In this document: one piece after another, positions 60,801 to 64,000 of the stretch
Layout of the letters: each line of letters opens with the position of its first letter
Position numbering within the stretch: the stretch's first letter is position 1
NCBI GenBank assembly: GCA_030390025.1
Contig: CM059432.1
Location: 71,364,001 to 71,428,000 of the forward strand
Origin: Squalus acanthias
Lineage: Eukaryota
Reading direction: 5' to 3'
Length of the DNA stretch: 64,000 nt
Program-made: the position numbers and the translations under genes
The notes under the pieces: model-generated
Database searches by the model: none
What the model was told of the DNA's origin: nothing
What the model saw: the letters and a program-made list of their open reading frames with translations, nothing else

Positions 60801-61236
60801 TTTTTTTAATTCATTCACAGGGTGTAGACATCGCCGGCAAGGCCAGCATTTATTGCCCATCTCGAATTGCCCTTGAGAAGGTGGTGGTGAGTCGCCTTCT
60901 TGAATACAACCGAGTGGCTTATTAGGCCATTTCAGAGGGCAGTTAAAAGTCAACCACATTGCTGTGGGTCTGGAGTCACATATAGACCAGACTGGGTAAG
61001 GACGGCAGATTTCCTTCCCTAAAGGACATTAGTGAACCAGATGGGTTTTAATGACAATCCAGCAGTTTTATGGTCACCATTACTGGTACTAGCTTTTTAT
61101 TCCAGATTTATTTAATTATTTGAGTTTAAATTCCCCAGCTGCCCATGATGGGATTTTGAACACACATCTCCGGATCATTAGTCGAGGCCTCTGGATTACT
61201 AGTCCAGTAACATAACCACTATGCTACCATACCCCC
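60801..61236 (-). mobile_element. Full-length tRNA-derived SINE with a LINE type B 3' tail
   Basis: A box TAGCATAGTGG, B box GTTCAAAATCC; the last ~100 nt match the LINE type B tail. Confidence 0.88.
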
Positions 61237-61707
61237 AATTACAAACAATGCCTAGTTCCACCTTCGTAACATCACTCATCTCCAACCCTGCCTCAGCCCA
61301 TCTCCTGCTGAAACACTCATCTTTATTTTTGTTCCCTCCATACTTGCGTATTCCAATGCTCTCCAGGCCGGTCTCCCATCTTCCACTCTCCATAAACTTG
61401 AGCTCATCCAAAAACTCTGCTGCCCGTAGCCTAATTGCACCAAGTCCCGTTCACCCATCACCCCTGTGCTCGCTGACTTACATTGGCTCCCTGTCATCTT
61501 GAATTGTTTAGAATGACCACTTGGGCAAAGTACAGCAGGAAAGTAAGTGGTCGTGGAACTGTACCCTAGTATGAGTCATCACCATGTTGATAAGAAGGGA
61601 GAAAATTAAATGGGGAAAAAATCCCTAGAACAAACTGAACATTTTAAATACATCATGCTTCAACAACATCAACAACTACTTTCATTTATATAGTGCCTTT
61701 AACAACC

Positions 61708-62357
61708 AAACATATGAAGATGACAGACATTAAAAAGGCCAGCTGGTCCATCAAACCTTCCCTGCACTCATGATGCCTGGAGCATCCTGACTAAGCCCTT
61801 CCACCCCTTACAGCCATGTAATCTCCTGGGAGAGACAAAAAAATACATAAAGAAAACCAGGACCAGAAAGGGTAAAAAAAATATGGAAATTTCCTCCCTG
61901 ACCCCCTCAGGCAATCAAAACCATTCCAGAGACCACATTGACCATGCTGACATTAACTATTACATCACTTACCTTTTATAAGATGCAATCTCTGCCCCAG
62001 CCAAGAACCAGTCCAGCTCCCTATTGAAGGCATGCAGAGAGACTCACCACTTTCTTGGAAAAGAAGAACAACCTAACATCTAGCCTATTCCTACCGTTGC
62101 GTAGTTTTAATGCATAACCCCCTGGTCTAGCCCAATCTGTCAACAGAAACAGTCGATCAATAGGGGTGCAATCCAGCCGTTTCATTATTTTATATACCTC
62201 TATCGGGTCATCTCTAAGTCTACACTGCTCTAAAGTAAATAGACCCAGCTCTTTAAACCTATCTGATTAACTTTCTTTAAGCTATGAATCATTATTGTGG
62301 CTTTCCTCTGAATCTTTTCTAAGGACACTATATCATTCAACATGCAATAGGACCAAA
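61708..62357 (-). mobile_element. Old CR1 3' fragment with a long 3' UTR
   Basis: Reverse complement encodes LKELGLFTLEQCRLRDDPIEVYKIM...RPGGYALKL. Confidence 0.7.
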
Positions 62358-64000
62358 CTTTTTTTAAATTCGCTTTATGAGATGTGGGCGTCGCTGGCAA
62401 GGTCAGCATTTATTGCCCATCCCTAATTGCCCTTGAGAAGGTGGTGGTGAGCCGCCTTCTGAACCGCTGCAGTCCGTGTGGTGAAGGTACTCCCACAGTG
62501 CTGTTAGGAGGGAGTTCCAGGATTTTGACCCAGCGACGATGAAGGATCGGCGATATACTTCTAAGTCAGGATGGTGTGTGATTTGGAGGGAAACTTGGAG
62601 GTGATGGTGTTCCCATGCGCCTGCTGCCCTTGTCCTTCTAGATGGAAGAGGTCGCAGGTTTGGGAGGTGCTGCTGAAGAAGCCTTGGCGAGTTGCTGCAG
62701 TGCATCTTGTAGATGGTACACACTGCAGCCACGGTACGCCGGTGGTGGAGGGAGTGAATGTTCATGGTGGTGGATGGGGTGTCAATCAAGCGGGCTGCTT
62801 TGTCCTGGATGGTGTTGAGCTTCTTGAGTGTTGTTGGAGCTGCACTCATCCAGGCAAGTGGAGAGTATTCCATCACTCTCCTTACTTGTGCCTTGTAGAT
62901 GGTGGAAAGGGTTTGGGATGTCAGGAGGTGAGACACTCACCGCAGAATACCTAGCCTCTGACCTGCTCTTGTTGTCACAGTATTTATGTGGCTGGTCCAG
63001 ATAAGTTTCTGCTCAATGGTGACCCCCAGGATGTTGATGGTGGGGGATTCGGCGATGGTAATGATGTTGAATGTCAAGGGGAGGTGGTTAAACTCTCGCT
63101 TGTGTACTGTAAACATTATTGATTATTTGTAAAATTAATCATTGCATTTATATTAACTATAAGGCTGTTTTTAAGGCTTTATTTTTTACTGTGGTGGATG
63201 AATGTAATGGATTTACTATGTAATGGATTTACTATGTAATTGATGAGTTGTACAGGTATTATTGTTTTTGAATAAAAATATTTAAACTCTCGCTTGTTGG
63301 AGATAGTCATTGCCTGGCACTTCTGTGGCACGAATGTTACCTGCCACATATCAGCCCAAGCCTGAACGTCGTCCAGGACTTGTTGCATGCAGGCATGGAC
63401 TGCTTCATTATCTGAGTAGTTGTGAATGGCGCTGAACACTGTGCAGTCATCAGCGAACTGCCCCATTTCTGACCTTATGTTGGAGGGAAGGTCATTGATG
63501 AAGCAGCTGAAGATGGTTGGGCCTAGGATACTGCCCTGAGGAACTCCTGCAGCGATGTCCTGGGGCTGTGATGATTAACTTTCAACCACCACAACCATCT
63601 TCCTTTGTGCTAGGTATGACTCCAGCCAGTGGAGCGTTTTCCCCCTATTCCCATTGACTTCAGTGTTACTAGGGCTCCTTGATGCCACACTCGGACAAAT
63701 GCTGCCTTGATGTCAAGGGCAGTTACTCTTACCTCACCTTTGGAATTCAGCTCCTTTGTCCATGTTTGGACCAAGGCTGTAATGAGGTCAGGAGCCGAGT
63801 GGTCTTGGCGGAACCCAAACTGGGCATCAGTGAGCAGGTTCTTGGTGAGTTAGTGCCACTTGATAGCACTATCGATGACACCTTCCATCACTTTGCTGAT
63901 GATTGAGAGTAGACTGGTGGGGTGGTAATTGGCCGCGTTGGATTTGTCCTGCTTCTTGTGGACTGGACATACCTGGGCAGTTTTCCACATTGTCGGATAG
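62358..64000 (-). mobile_element. LINE type B, running off the window edge
   Basis: Collinear with ~30225-31645; T-rich tail at 62358. Confidence 0.95.
63104..63281 (+). mobile_element. 178-bp AT-rich insertion, possibly an L1/Tx1-type 3' UTR
   Basis: 16-bp direct repeat TTAAACTCTCGCTTGT at 63088-63103 and 63282-63297; AATAAA near the 3' end. Confidence 0.65.

Larger units (their letters stand above)
59050..61497 (+). mobile_element. Old L2-clade LINE split by Penelope, MITE and SINE insertions
   Basis: YRPISN.PF.SKV, HGTETAL, LSSAFDTVDH, PQRSILG, YADNTQLY, HITPVLADLHWL motifs in pyrimidine-rich coding sequence. Confidence 0.85.

Noticed and set aside
61140..61236. tRNA gene
   Set aside because: A and B boxes are present but there is no convincing cloverleaf, and it is continuous with a SINE body and LINE tail

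Overview
Eukaryotic, intronic or intergenic vertebrate DNA, most likely from a cartilaginous fish (inferred from the CR1, SINE and Penelope families present). Most of the window is nested transposable elements. No host gene, rRNA, tRNA gene or CRISPR array could be supported. Dominant components: (1) PIF/Harbinger DNA transposons of several families, including one apparently intact 4.17-kb element (32507-36675, TTA TSD) with an open HARBI1-like DDE transposase and a cleanly spliceable three-exon Myb/SANT gene, plus decayed copies and MITE derivatives; (2) CR1-clade LINEs of at least two types, one with an open 570-codon RT stretch; (3) Penelope-like elements with a GIY-YIG endonuclease, whose 3' ends carry minimal type I hammerhead ribozyme motifs showing compensatory changes between copies; (4) an L2 LINE and two SINE families. 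Most short ORFs in the track are shadow or antisense frames of these repeats. Boundaries without a stated TSD or TIR are approximate, and family names come from motif recognition, not database searches.
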